Source: a virus
Virus record (IMG/VR): IMGVR_UViG_3300033142_001194
Span: 4,999-68,998 of that record
Length of the DNA: 64,000 bases
Direction: 5' to 3' (one strand)
Part shown: in pieces, positions 40,560 through 50,203 of the stretch
Position numbering within the stretch: position 1 is the stretch's first letter
Layout of the letters: each line of letters starts with the position of its first letter
Made by a program: the position numbers and the translations under genes
The notes under the pieces: model-generated
Seen by the model: the letters and a program-made list of their open reading frames with translations, nothing else
What the model was told of the DNA's origin: nothing
Database searches by the model: none

Positions 40560-41025
40560 GGAATATAAGCCGAAGGCTTTATAGGTAATATATTGATCTA
40601 CTGCTTATATACTTTGAATAGTATATGGATATAATGCTTTATCTTTAAGACACAACAATGCCTATACCCAATTAAGGATATTGGCACTGTTCAGACATAA
40701 TGCTTTAGAGCTTTAAGTAATACTTTATAGACTAAGTATTAAACCGGTAGGTCACTTATCCGTATCTTTCCTACACTGTCTTGTGTAGTCTCCTGAGTAT
40801 ACGGTCATTAGCAAAGCTAACAACATGCTCTCAGAGCCCCTTGGATCATTTATGGGGATACTGATTAAGTAAATCGTTGATGTACTTCCCGTAAAACCTT
40901 AATCAGATAGATTTCAGGCATAAAAAAACCTGCAGTCTCGTAAAAGGTGCAGGTTTAGATTGATATAGCAACTTATACGAGAATATGTGGTAATCGTATA
41001 AACTGCCACATACAATCTATGGGCT
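40560..41025 (-). ncRNA. Hairpin-dense non-coding region with terminator; candidate structured RNA/attenuator
   Basis: No long ORF; many short stems; terminator aaacctgca/tgcaggttt with T run on the - strand at 40921-40956. Confidence 0.4.
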
Positions 41026-41060
41026 TAAGTTTACTTTAATATTTATAAATTGCAACAAGT

Positions 41061-42059
41061 TTAAATTAAACCAGCAGATTGTAATTTAGAATATTGTGAA
41101 CACATTAGTTGTGCTGAACAGTAATTACAAGCTTTAGCCTTTGGTTTTACTTCATTTATTAAACCAATAGAACCATCCTTAAGGAATCTTTCATTGGCTT
41201 CAAAGAAGGTAGTAAAGTTTTTTGTACTCCTAGATGTTTTGTTTGGATCTTTATAATATTTATATACTGTAGGTCCTGTAGCCCATAAATCTTCTTGAGA
41301 ACATTCAGGTAAATCAGGTTCTGCAATATTGTGAAAAGTTTCTAAATCTTTTAATTTATTGTTTACGTATTCTTCTGTATCTGAATAACTTATTAAAGGT
41401 AATTTATATTCTAATAATTTGGATTGTGGATACTCAGGTTTTCTGGCTTCTAATGGATTCCAATTGGTAAAGATAAACAAAATAGAGAACGAGTCATTTG
41501 TAATTTTATCTGGATTTAACCATCTATAAATACTTGCCTGTAGTATATACTTTTTATCATTACACTTACTCGTATATGAATACGTACCAGTGCTTTTATA
41601 GTCCATTACACGACCATTCATACACATATCAAAACAACCTGATACAGTCCAATTACCTACTTTCTTTTCAGTTCTTACTTCTAAGTAAATAGGTAATATT
41701 TCTAAACCATCTTTGTTGTATTGGTTTAACTCTTCTTCTGTTGGGTTAATCCTGATAGATCTAATTACATCCTCTGGATATCCTAAATCCTTAAGACCTT
41801 CTTTACTGTTGTTTAACCAAGCATTTTCAATACTTGTGTGATAGGCAGTACCCATAGCACTTGCAACTTTACTTGATATATCTTCTAAAGCTTCTTTAGA
41901 TGTTCCTGATACTCTCCTACTTAAAATAATTTGTCTTACTGACTTCATTAATGTTGTAGTTGAAATATGCATAGGATCATCCACATGGTCATATAAATCT
42001 GTACTTAACCACAGTGCTAATGCAATAGGTACATTAGTATTATTTGTAAATTTAGTCAT
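41061..42059 (-). CDS. PD-(D/E)XK (Cas4-like) exonuclease, N4 gp42-like
   Basis: GTAYH, EVR, SGCFD, MDYKST, LQASIYRWL, CNYC..C. Confidence 0.8.
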   Translation of the reverse strand: MTKFTNNTNVPIALALWLSTDLYDHVDDPMHISTTTLMKSVRQIILSRRVSGTSKEALEDISSKVASAMGTAYHTSIENAWLNNSKEGLKDLGYPEDVIRSIRINPTEEELNQYNKDGLEILPIYLEVRTEKKVGNWTVSGCFDMCMNGRVMDYKSTGTYSYTSKCNDKKYILQASIYRWLNPDKITNDSFSILFIFTNWNPLEARKPEYPQSKLLEYKLPLISYSDTEEYVNNKLKDLETFHNIAEPDLPECSQEDLWATGPTVYKYYKDPNKTSRSTKNFTTFFEANERFLKDGSIGLINEVKPKAKACNYCSAQLMCSQYSKLQSAGLI

Positions 42060-42360
42060 GAAATATTCTGTACTCCTTAATTTTCTTAAGTTCACTTTCT
42101 GAAACATTTACAAATTTACATAAATCACGTATTACTTTATTACGGGCATCTCTTTCTGTTCTTTCAAACATAATCATAAGTTGCAGTATAAGTATTGCAA
42201 TAGTTTCTTCAGGGTAATCTTCAAAGGGTTCCCAAATAACTGTTTCAGCATCATAGAAGGCTTTAACACACATCAAATTATCCCAAGCATCTTCTGAATA
42301 AGTTGAAAACATAAAATCCAATGCTTTTATTTGAGGACTTGTTAAAATATTTTTAGCCAA
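42052..42360 (-). CDS. Hypothetical protein
   Basis: Coupled ORF; IWEPFED motif. Confidence 0.55.
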   Translation of the reverse strand: MAKNILTSPQIKALDFMFSTYSEDAWDNLMCVKAFYDAETVIWEPFEDYPEETIAILILQLMIMFERTERDARNKVIRDLCKFVNVSESELKKIKEYRIFHD

Positions 42361-42592
42361 GTGTATACTCCTCTAATATTTCTAGTATTTCAGGTAACCT
42401 TTCTGGAAACTCTTTACTGATTTCCTCAACCATATTACATAAAGCTACACTTTCATATTTATCATAAAAGTATTTTAAAAGTATTTCCTCCTTCTCCTTT
42501 TCAGTAGCTTTATTAATTAAGTAATCTTTAGCAATATTATAATTAAAATATGCATGTTTTGGAGTATGTACTAAATCATTGTAAATCATCAC
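42353..42592 (-). CDS. Hypothetical protein
   Basis: Overlapping start/stop with neighbours. Confidence 0.5.
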   Translation of the reverse strand: MMIYNDLVHTPKHAYFNYNIAKDYLINKATEKEKEEILLKYFYDKYESVALCNMVEEISKEFPERLPEILEILEEYTLG

Positions 42593-44259
42593 ATCACCAC
42601 GTTATCTTTAATTAACTGCCTGTACTGGATATACCCTTTAAAGTTTCCAGACCATAATCTATCCCCTCTATCACAATGTGTAATTCCTAATTCCCAATTA
42701 TGAGAAGAATTATCCTGATGTACATGTTCCATAACCTTTGCACAGTGTTCAAAAGCTGATGCATGTACGGGAACACTTGTTACAAGCTTATTGTATAAAT
42801 CTAAAGCTTTCTCTAAGCTATCATTTAAGTTTCTATAACTAACTTGAGCACAGCAACTAGCAGATATTTTAAGAGCATCTTCTTCAGAAAAGAATGGTCC
42901 AGTTCCTACATGACCGTATAGTAATGCACCTACTTCATCTCTAAAGTGTTCTACATATGGTGTATGCCAATCCCCTACTTGTAATTCTTCAGGTGTTGAG
43001 TCAGACATTGCTTTCTTCATTGCTCTAGCTAATTCAGCTATTTCAGGTTGTGCATGTTCATGATCTCGTAAGTAGAAGAAGTTATTAAACTCAGTTGAAG
43101 TTACAATAACTTTTATATGTGAGAATGGTTCTACAATTCTATTAACTAATTGTTTATGTAACCCCTGCATATCTAAATCAGAAGCAGAATGCAGTGCTCT
43201 TAATCCTGCATAGTTCCAAATGTATTTAACATTATCTAATGCTTCACCTGTTAATTCTTCACCAGCTTGCATACCAGGTTTGTTACTACCCCATTCTGAG
43301 GGTGTTACAGGGTTGTCACTGACCAATTGAAGCATCTTCTTAATAGGTATGGCTCTACTGCTTGCAGCATTGCGTGAGAAGCAATTATGCACAACAATAT
43401 CGTTAGCTACAAAATTATGAAAGTCAGAAGAAACAGAAAGGTCATAAACCATTTGGGTACTGTGGAATTCTTTAGCTGTAACACGTACAGGTTTTCCTAA
43501 AAGAGTTTGACTTACCTGCCATCCCTGTTTTTTATGATAATGATTTTTATGGCACGAAGAGCAAGCAGCTACTACATTTTTAATATTGAATGCCTCTTCT
43601 GGGTGGGTGTGTACAGGTAGTATATGGTGCAATTCTAATGGCAAATCTGTTAAGCCGCATACCTTACAATAGTTATCCTGTGCTGCTACTACCTCACCTA
43701 TATGCTGCCTATTCCATGTGGAAGTCCATTTACCATTTATTATTTTATGAGCTAAAGGGTCAGATAATGTTTGTACTCCAAACCCCGCTGTAATTATAAA
43801 ATCCGAAGTTGTGATATCTTTTAACTCTTTCCAACCCATACTCGTAAGTATCAAGTGGTCATCTGTAGCTGTAATAGAGTAATCACCTGCTCTTAAGGTG
43901 AATGTTTTCTTTTCCCCTACTTCCCAAATATCTGTTACCGTTGTATGGGTTACCTCGTTGGAGTCTTCATTAAGCATACGTAATCGCATCTTGTTTAACC
44001 TATGCTGCATCGTCCTACCTAAAGAATCCCCATGTTTCCATTTAGTATAGAACTCTTTAATACTCATAGAGTACTTTCTAAAGTTTCCCCTACCTACCTG
44101 TACACTAGGTAAATCAAAGCAAAGCATAGAATTTCCTGCTAAGCAGCGATGTGTCATAAACTCAGAATGTATCATCCGAGGATACTCAAGTTCTAAAGTT
44201 GTTATCCGATCTCCTTGAATGCTAATACTGTCAGCTATAATCTTTGCTGTTATTGTCAT
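42589..44259 (-). CDS. thyX: Flavin-dependent thymidylate synthase ThyX interrupted by an intein
   Basis: Spliced product restores HSEFMTHR-CFSRNAASSRAIP; also HKQLVNRIVEPF, AQPEI, SASCCAQVSY, HASAFEH. Confidence 0.88.
   Translation of the reverse strand: MTITAKIIADSISIQGDRITTLELEYPRMIHSEFMTHRCLAGNSMLCFDLPSVQVGRGNFRKYSMSIKEFYTKWKHGDSLGRTMQHRLNKMRLRMLNEDSNEVTHTTVTDIWEVGEKKTFTLRAGDYSITATDDHLILTSMGWKELKDITTSDFIITAGFGVQTLSDPLAHKIINGKWTSTWNRQHIGEVVAAQDNYCKVCGLTDLPLELHHILPVHTHPEEAFNIKNVVAACSSCHKNHYHKKQGWQVSQTLLGKPVRVTAKEFHSTQMVYDLSVSSDFHNFVANDIVVHNCFSRNAASSRAIPIKKMLQLVSDNPVTPSEWGSNKPGMQAGEELTGEALDNVKYIWNYAGLRALHSASDLDMQGLHKQLVNRIVEPFSHIKVIVTSTEFNNFFYLRDHEHAQPEIAELARAMKKAMSDSTPEELQVGDWHTPYVEHFRDEVGALLYGHVGTGPFFSEEDALKISASCCAQVSYRNLNDSLEKALDLYNKLVTSVPVHASAFEHCAKVMEHVHQDNSSHNWELGITHCDRGDRLWSGNFKGYIQYRQLIKDNVVM
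43384..44145 (-). mobile_element. Intein (254 aa) carrying an HNH endonuclease domain
   Basis: Starts CLAGNS, block B TATDDHLILT, block F VYDLSV, ends NFVANDIVVHN/C; internal CKVC..ELHHILP..NVVAACSSCH. Confidence 0.9.
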
Positions 44260-44262
44260 TTA

Positions 44263-44508
44263 TTATCCTTCTGTTGTTTTAATATTTTTAACTTGTGACT
44301 CTTCAAATTCAAGAAGTCTATTTGCAAATACTGCAATTTTCTTTGCTTCACTTACCATAGAATCTTTAGATCCATATCTTGATTGATATGCTTCCATGTG
44401 GGCTAATAATTTGATTCTGACTACATATGGTTCTTCCTCTCTGATCCATCTATCAATTAAATCTGAACCATCTCTTTTAACATAATTCTTATTCTTTACT
44501 TCTGACAT
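44263..44508 (-). CDS. Divergent DUF3310-like small protein
   Basis: NY..DLID..YQSRYGSKD..EAKKIAVFANRL pattern. Confidence 0.45.
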   Translation of the reverse strand: MSEVKNKNYVKRDGSDLIDRWIREEEPYVVRIKLLAHMEAYQSRYGSKDSMVSEAKKIAVFANRLLEFEESQVKNIKTTEG

Positions 44509-44509
44509 A

Positions 44510-44749
44510 TTATTTTCTTCTCCACTTTAAAATATCGGTAATAATAGTATCTATCTCTGTAAAATCTAATTTCTTAACACACCGTAAAACAACTTTTAAA
44601 TCTGTTGAGCAATCCTTTAAGGCATCTGAAATATATTTAATATGTGATCCATTGGATTCATATACTATTCCTGCAGTTATCATTATGCTTTTAAATTCTT
44701 GTAACTCTACGTGTGTTAGTGATCTTAGCCTAACTACTAAATCATTCAT
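44510..44749 (-). CDS. Hypothetical protein
   Basis: Coupled to DNA polymerase stop. Confidence 0.5.
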   Translation of the reverse strand: MNDLVVRLRSLTHVELQEFKSIMITAGIVYESNGSHIKYISDALKDCSTDLKVVLRCVKKLDFTEIDTIITDILKWRRK

Positions 44750-47402
44750 TGTATTTTTGCATTCCTTTTAAACATGTATCTTTGATTTCTTTAAAATTAC
44801 TATTATTTTCTAATGTTATTGGTTGTGACCAATGGTTATAAAATATATCTAATTCAGCTCCTAACCTAACTTTATCATGTGCAATTTCCTTAAGGTCTTG
44901 CCATTCCATACACTCAACTAGGTTTTTATTAACCCATGAAACACATTCAATAGTGTTTAAAATATTTAAGTATATTGCATCATGTATTAACGCTATTGGT
45001 TTAATATCATATTTGTATTTTGAATTCCAAACACGGTTCATAAATTCTACAGCAGCTCTATTATTTAATAGACCGTAGGATTGCCCTAAAGCATTACCTA
45101 CAGTACGTCCTTCAGCAGAAGCTTCTTTAGGTACTGATTTACTTCCAAAGAGAGTTTTAGCTAATATAGGTGTACGAATTTTTAAACCAAAAGCTACTAC
45201 TGCATACCCATTTTTAGAGCATTCTATTAACTTACTGTGTACCCATTCATCTGATTCCTTATAAAGTTCATGGTACTTAGCATCTATACTTTTAGCTTCT
45301 GTTATAGTAAAACCAGCATTCATAACTGCTTTATATGATCCCCCATAAGTTAATGCAAATGTAGGTAATTTAGATAATTGTCTGTACTCAGGATATTTAG
45401 ATTTAATAGAGTTAATACTTTTTACAGAATTATTAATGTCAGGCATCTTGTCAGACCAATAACTTTTTGCACGTAGTGAGTGACCATCGTACCCATCTAC
45501 GTAAACTTTTAGTTTATTAGAATCTTTAGTTGTTAAAGCAGATATTCTATCTTCTAAACTAGCACTATCAGCTCCTACAAATAACTGATTATCTGGTGAT
45601 ATAAAACACTTTTTAATAATCTTACTATAAGTAGATGATGAAGGCAGTTGCTGTAAATTAGGATTTGATGATGACATTCTTCCACTTACGGTACCATTCA
45701 AATTAAATGATCCGTGTAAGTACCATTTACCATCTTCTTTAAGCACACTATTAACTCTGAATGACTTAATAAATGTACCTATAATTTTTTCTACTTTAGA
45801 AAACTGAATTAATGATTCCAATAATTCTATAGATTCTTTTGGTTTATTATTCGCTTTAGAATAAACCAATAATTTATCAATTGTTTGTGATCCTGTTGCA
45901 GGTAAGTTTGTATCTGTTAAATCTATAACAGGTAAACCAAGTTCTACATATAATAATTCTCCCAGTTGTTTAGGACTACCCGGATTAAATATAGATTCTG
46001 GGTAAGTATCCCAATCTTTATACTTAATTTTTAAAGGTGATTTAGCTTTACCTTTTCTATCCTGATAATCTTTTTCATAAGCTATTTTAGTTAATCTTTT
46101 TTCAACTCTACTTATAATATTAGAAGATTTAATAATATTTAAGTTGGTAGTCTTAATAGCATTTAGTTCTCTATCTGCTATATCAACCTGATCCATGTCA
46201 ATACACATTCCTGTTAACTCTACTTGGATCAATAGTTTTAAACTTGGTTTCATTAAGTAAGTATATATTTCCATCTGGTTATCAGAAATAACCTTTGGTA
46301 ACATTTTTTCATATAACCAATAAGTACCTAAACCATCTAATAAACCATATTTAAGTAAATCATCTTTTTTAAGTAATCTAATATTCTTAACATCAATACC
46401 GTAATCACCTAAGTACTCGTGTACATTTGGTTTAAGACCTAATACATTTCCTGCTGTACTATTTGTAGCTAAGAAAGTTAAAACTTTTGTATCTTCAAAA
46501 TCTCTTGTAAGCATTTCTAAACCATTAAGCATTCCTTTTGTATCTAATAGGGAATTCATATAAAGTTCATATATTAATACTTTGAAATCATATGTAGCAT
46601 TATGGGCTATAAGCTTACCTTTATAGGTATCAAAAAACCTACGTAGAAGATGTTTAACAGGTTTATTGTCTGTTTTGGTTCCATAGTATGCTGGGATACC
46701 TTTAAGGCACACAGGAGGGTCTAAGGGCTTATAATCCACTAAGAATGATGTACCATTATGACTATCCCAACTAAACTCAATTGAACCAATACCAGCATCC
46801 CAATGTTGTAAGCTGAATGCTTCTATATCGACTGTGAGGACTGGATAAGCATGAAGGCTATCCAATGTATCAGAAATGTCTTTAAGTGCCTTAGGATAGC
46901 TCTGAGAGTGTATTACACCCACTCCTAAGTCTACGTGTGTATTGTTTAAATGGTTTGTTAATGTCTTTAGAGCCAAATCAATTCTTACTTGGTTTGTATC
47001 GTCATGGAATAAAGATTTATAGTCAGGACATAGTATAACCTTCATATGCTCAAAATCTTTAATAGCAACATCATGAATATATCCATGAGCACTTGTAACT
47101 TTTTTAGCTTTGGTTAGGTATTTAAAATATGCAGGGTTACAACATAAGAGTGTTGTAGTTCCTAATGAATTCAAAGCAGATAATAAAGAATTAAGATATT
47201 CTTTTGATTCTTTAGCAGGGGTTTTACCTACATCATTTGTAAGTAATGTGAAGCCTATTAAGTCATCTTCATTTATATCTAAATGAGTTAAAGGAGATAC
47301 ATAATAGGTCTTAATTTCTTGAGGGTTAAAAGAAGAATCTTTAACCAGTATTGCTACATTATATTTGTTATTCTTGTTTTCCTTAAATATTACATGCTTC
47401 AT
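44742..47402 (-). CDS. Family A DNA polymerase (N4 gp39-like) with 3'-5' exonuclease
   Basis: Exo VDIEA, HNATYD; GTVSGRMSSSNPNLQQ; motif A GADSASLEDR; motif B RQLSKLPTFALTYGG; motif C IHDAIY. Confidence 0.95.
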   Translation of the reverse strand: MKHVIFKENKNNKYNVAILVKDSSFNPQEIKTYYVSPLTHLDINEDDLIGFTLLTNDVGKTPAKESKEYLNSLLSALNSLGTTTLLCCNPAYFKYLTKAKKVTSAHGYIHDVAIKDFEHMKVILCPDYKSLFHDDTNQVRIDLALKTLTNHLNNTHVDLGVGVIHSQSYPKALKDISDTLDSLHAYPVLTVDIEAFSLQHWDAGIGSIEFSWDSHNGTSFLVDYKPLDPPVCLKGIPAYYGTKTDNKPVKHLLRRFFDTYKGKLIAHNATYDFKVLIYELYMNSLLDTKGMLNGLEMLTRDFEDTKVLTFLATNSTAGNVLGLKPNVHEYLGDYGIDVKNIRLLKKDDLLKYGLLDGLGTYWLYEKMLPKVISDNQMEIYTYLMKPSLKLLIQVELTGMCIDMDQVDIADRELNAIKTTNLNIIKSSNIISRVEKRLTKIAYEKDYQDRKGKAKSPLKIKYKDWDTYPESIFNPGSPKQLGELLYVELGLPVIDLTDTNLPATGSQTIDKLLVYSKANNKPKESIELLESLIQFSKVEKIIGTFIKSFRVNSVLKEDGKWYLHGSFNLNGTVSGRMSSSNPNLQQLPSSSTYSKIIKKCFISPDNQLFVGADSASLEDRISALTTKDSNKLKVYVDGYDGHSLRAKSYWSDKMPDINNSVKSINSIKSKYPEYRQLSKLPTFALTYGGSYKAVMNAGFTITEAKSIDAKYHELYKESDEWVHSKLIECSKNGYAVVAFGLKIRTPILAKTLFGSKSVPKEASAEGRTVGNALGQSYGLLNNRAAVEFMNRVWNSKYKYDIKPIALIHDAIYLNILNTIECVSWVNKNLVECMEWQDLKEIAHDKVRLGAELDIFYNHWSQPITLENNSNFKEIKDTCLKGMQKYNE

Positions 47403-47524
47403 AATTCTCCTACATTATTCTTGGTTTATATAAAATATTCCAAGAGTATATCTTGTTTATTAAATTGTTTTGTAACTTGGATACTCCTAAAATATTTTAT
47501 AAAAGAGATAGTCTTTCCTATCAG

Positions 47525-47730
47525 TCAACCAAATCAGTAGCGAAATTTACTTACTTGTTATATTCCCCCAATTCAGAATATATAAGTTAAGTAAAGTTAG
47601 AGAAGGTAAGGGGTTTATGAAAACCACTTGACTATGCTTACCTTTGGTTGCAGGAGATTAATAACCCTCTAATCCTGCTTATGGGCTGAATAACCCTTAC
47701 GGGAAACTTCTATATGCTACATTTAATCAA
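47525..47730 (-). ncRNA. Multi-stem non-coding element, partly tRNA-like
   Basis: Stems tttactta/taagtaaa, aaggtaag/cttacctt, gcagga/tcctgc, gtagc/gctac; - strand has CCCATAA..TCTCCTGCAACCA. Confidence 0.3.
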
Positions 47731-47804
47731 TATCTGCTAGCGTGAAATTTTTGTACTCCATAAAAGATTCTTTCGTATCTGATGATATACCATTTTCTAA
47801 TTTA

Positions 47805-48062
47805 TTATATTTTACTAAATTTGGTTTCTAACTCTGTTTGTATTTCTGTATGAATTTCCACATCATTATCAATATAATAATCTAATAGATTATTACCTGT
47901 TTGTGCTGAAAATTTTACTATAGAGTCTTCCTTTTCATAACAGTCTTCTGGTGGACCATCTAATTTAGCAGGTACTGAAGGTGTATAGGATTCAAATAAA
48001 ATAGGAACTCTGAAACCATGAACCTCTACTGCAATTAATACTGGTAAGCTATATTGTTTCAT
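47805..48062 (-). CDS. Hypothetical phage protein
   Basis: PAKLDGPPEDCYE motif common in small phage proteins. Confidence 0.55.
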   Translation of the reverse strand: MKQYSLPVLIAVEVHGFRVPILFESYTPSVPAKLDGPPEDCYEKEDSIVKFSAQTGNNLLDYYIDNDVEIHTEIQTELETKFSKI

Positions 48063-48068
48063 TCTGTA

Positions 48069-48314
48069 TTATCCATAGTTATCTCTTAAAGGTATTAAAT
48101 CTGAAGTTGAAAATGCTTCAGAATATCTACCACACATTGTTTTCATTATTTTAAAATGTGTTGCTCCATGTTTAACTAATTTATTTCTATGTACACGTTG
48201 AATCATGTTATATGTACATAGTCTTGCATCTAAAGGCATAACACCGTCTGATCCAAGCATTTCAGTTAATTTACCTGAATTATCCTTAGCATAAAATTGT
48301 GCAAAGTATCTCAT
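48069..48314 (-). CDS. Hypothetical protein
   Basis: EMLGSDGVMPLDAR motif; ORF in - strand operon. Confidence 0.55.
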   Translation of the reverse strand: MRYFAQFYAKDNSGKLTEMLGSDGVMPLDARLCTYNMIQRVHRNKLVKHGATHFKIMKTMCGRYSEAFSTSDLIPLRDNYG

Positions 48315-48376
48315 ATTGGTATTTTAATTAGTTAAAAGTAGGGTAGTTTTAATAAGCTTATTCAGGCTTAGTGTAT

Positions 48377-49534
48377 TTATGTATAAACTGTAATTGTTTT
48401 TTCTTTGGCTTCTACAACACGTAATGTATCCACAATATCATAATATTTACACCCTTCATGTGAAAAGTATAGGTACTCAGCTTTATACAATATTCCTCTA
48501 AATGAGAATACACCGTAACAGCTCTCACTGCCACCTTCACCACCACCCTCTTGTATAATGTGTTTATACTTTAAAGTATTTTCTAGGAAATCTTTACGAG
48601 CTTTCATACAGGTAGCAACTTCTTTTCTATATTCTGAATTTAGGTAATCCCTACCATTTAATTTTGGGTAAGGTATCCCTGAAAGTGTTGGATCGAAATA
48701 TCCACTTACCATTTTATAAATTACTTCAGTTAGGTCTGAATACGGAATACCTAAACCATCTAATAATTCTTGAAACGGTTCTAAATTTACTTCTTCTGAC
48801 ATGTTAATTTCCTTTAATAAATACTTAAAATAAGTATAGTTTGGTGTATTGAAATGTTTTAAATTTAAAATTATAAAATCATTAGCCCAGTTTTTTGTTA
48901 GTGATACTATTACTTTCTTGAGAGCCATAGCATATGCATTATGCCAAGATTTTGTTAGCCCTGTTATAAGGAATCTTTCACAAGCAATAACTGTTATTTC
49001 TTCCCTAAACATTCTTACTTTGTCTGCGAAGTTTAGTCCGTTAAATTTTGATTTATCTATAAGTACTTCACCTTTAAGGCACTGTATATAGATTGGTTTA
49101 TTTGGGTAGGATACTAATTCATGTAAATAGTCGTGATCGTATTTATGTGATACGTAATCATCGAAAAACTCGGCTTTAGTTTTATCTAATGACAAATACT
49201 CTTTACCTCCTTTCTCCTTGACCCAGTGTGCTTTTAATTCTTTATATAGATCGGGCATTAAAATACACCCTTGAGACTCTAACCATAAAATATCTAGCTT
49301 AGTCTTTTGCCAATGCACGTCCCATGATAGGTGACTACACTTCATGGTATAAATAGCATCTGGAACTGCATAAGCTCCTATTACAGGAATCATATCAATA
49401 ATATTCTTAGGCATAATATGACAGTCTGTTCTACCTGTTGATTGCTCACCTGCTGTTAACCAGTTGTCAATATCCTTAGGGGTTGTTCGAGCTATCCCGA
49501 AGAATGCTAATGCAGTACTTCCTACAATAATCAT
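48377..49534 (-). CDS. Nucleotidyltransferase-like phage protein fused to a second small domain
   Basis: IVGSTAL..PKDID (GS..DxD), YTMKCSH, YDHDYLHELV, FREEITVIACER; internal RBS+ATG at 48802 (MSEEVN..EGGGEGGSE). Confidence 0.55.
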   Translation of the reverse strand: MIIVGSTALAFFGIARTTPKDIDNWLTAGEQSTGRTDCHIMPKNIIDMIPVIGAYAVPDAIYTMKCSHLSWDVHWQKTKLDILWLESQGCILMPDLYKELKAHWVKEKGGKEYLSLDKTKAEFFDDYVSHKYDHDYLHELVSYPNKPIYIQCLKGEVLIDKSKFNGLNFADKVRMFREEITVIACERFLITGLTKSWHNAYAMALKKVIVSLTKNWANDFIILNLKHFNTPNYTYFKYLLKEINMSEEVNLEPFQELLDGLGIPYSDLTEVIYKMVSGYFDPTLSGIPYPKLNGRDYLNSEYRKEVATCMKARKDFLENTLKYKHIIQEGGGEGGSESCYGVFSFRGILYKAEYLYFSHEGCKYYDIVDTLRVVEAKEKTITVYT

Positions 49535-49592
49535 ATATACCTCCACAGCTGTGTTAAAGAAGGTATAACCGTTACCAGTTATACCTACAATA

Positions 49593-49607
49593 CAACGCGA
49601 AGCGTTG
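49593..49607. promoter_or_regulatory. GCGAAGC DNA mini-hairpin
   Basis: caacgc-gaa-gcgttg in the intergenic space upstream of 49534. Confidence 0.5.
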
Positions 49608-49615
49608 ATGGTTTA

Positions 49616-50203
49616 CTATTTAACTGGACACACTCCAGAACTACATTCTTCACTTGAAATTTCTAAATCAATAATATCTGTATTAGGTAGAATAAACTCT
49701 TTAAGTGATTCTACGTATTTAGTATATCTTTCTTTAGTTACTACTTCTTGTGGTAAGTATGGGTATCCTAAATCCTCAGGAGTTTTTGTTGGATCAGCTT
49801 TAAATATAAAACTAACACCAATATAAATATCCCAATTCTCTAATAACCAGTTAATAATTTCAGGTACTTCAGGAATTTCATAACTGATAGTGTTTGAAAC
49901 ATTCTGTTGACACCAATGGATTTGATATAGTTTATATCTATTGAGTTGTTCTATAGCAGTTTCCTGATTAACCTCAATATATGAATCTCCTTGCTTTACC
50001 TTAGTGAAAGGTACGTGTTCCCAGCAAACAGGAAAGGTTACTAGGATACCTTCAGGATCTAAAGGATTAATACGAACAGTATAATTTGCTTCTCTTAAGG
50101 CAGGCAGTAATGGATCATTTTTACCAAAGTTAATGTTGTTAAAAATGTATTTACCTAGTGGAGTATGTACTCCTTCAGGACATCCAAATACCTTACTTAA
50201 CGT
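49616..50203 (-). CDS. nrdJ: Class II ribonucleotide reductase, exon 2
   Basis: TLSKVFGCPEGVH, QQNVSNTI, YLPQEVV, C-terminal CSSGVCPVK redox pair. Confidence 0.88.
   Translation of the reverse strand, partial: TLSKVFGCPEGVHTPLGKYIFNNINFGKNDPLLPALREANYTVRINPLDPEGILVTFPVCWEHVPFTKVKQGDSYIEVNQETAIEQLNRYKLYQIHWCQQNVSNTISYEIPEVPEIINWLLENWDIYIGVSFIFKADPTKTPEDLGYPYLPQEVVTKERYTKYVESLKEFILPNTDIIDLEISSEECSSGVCPVK

Noticed and set aside
41061-42059. Cas4 as evidence of a CRISPR system
   Set aside because: Solo PD-(D/E)XK nuclease at the conserved N4 gp42 position
47620-47720. Functional tRNA gene
   Set aside because: Anticodon and D stems do not pair and there is no TTC T-loop; kept only as a low-confidence remnant
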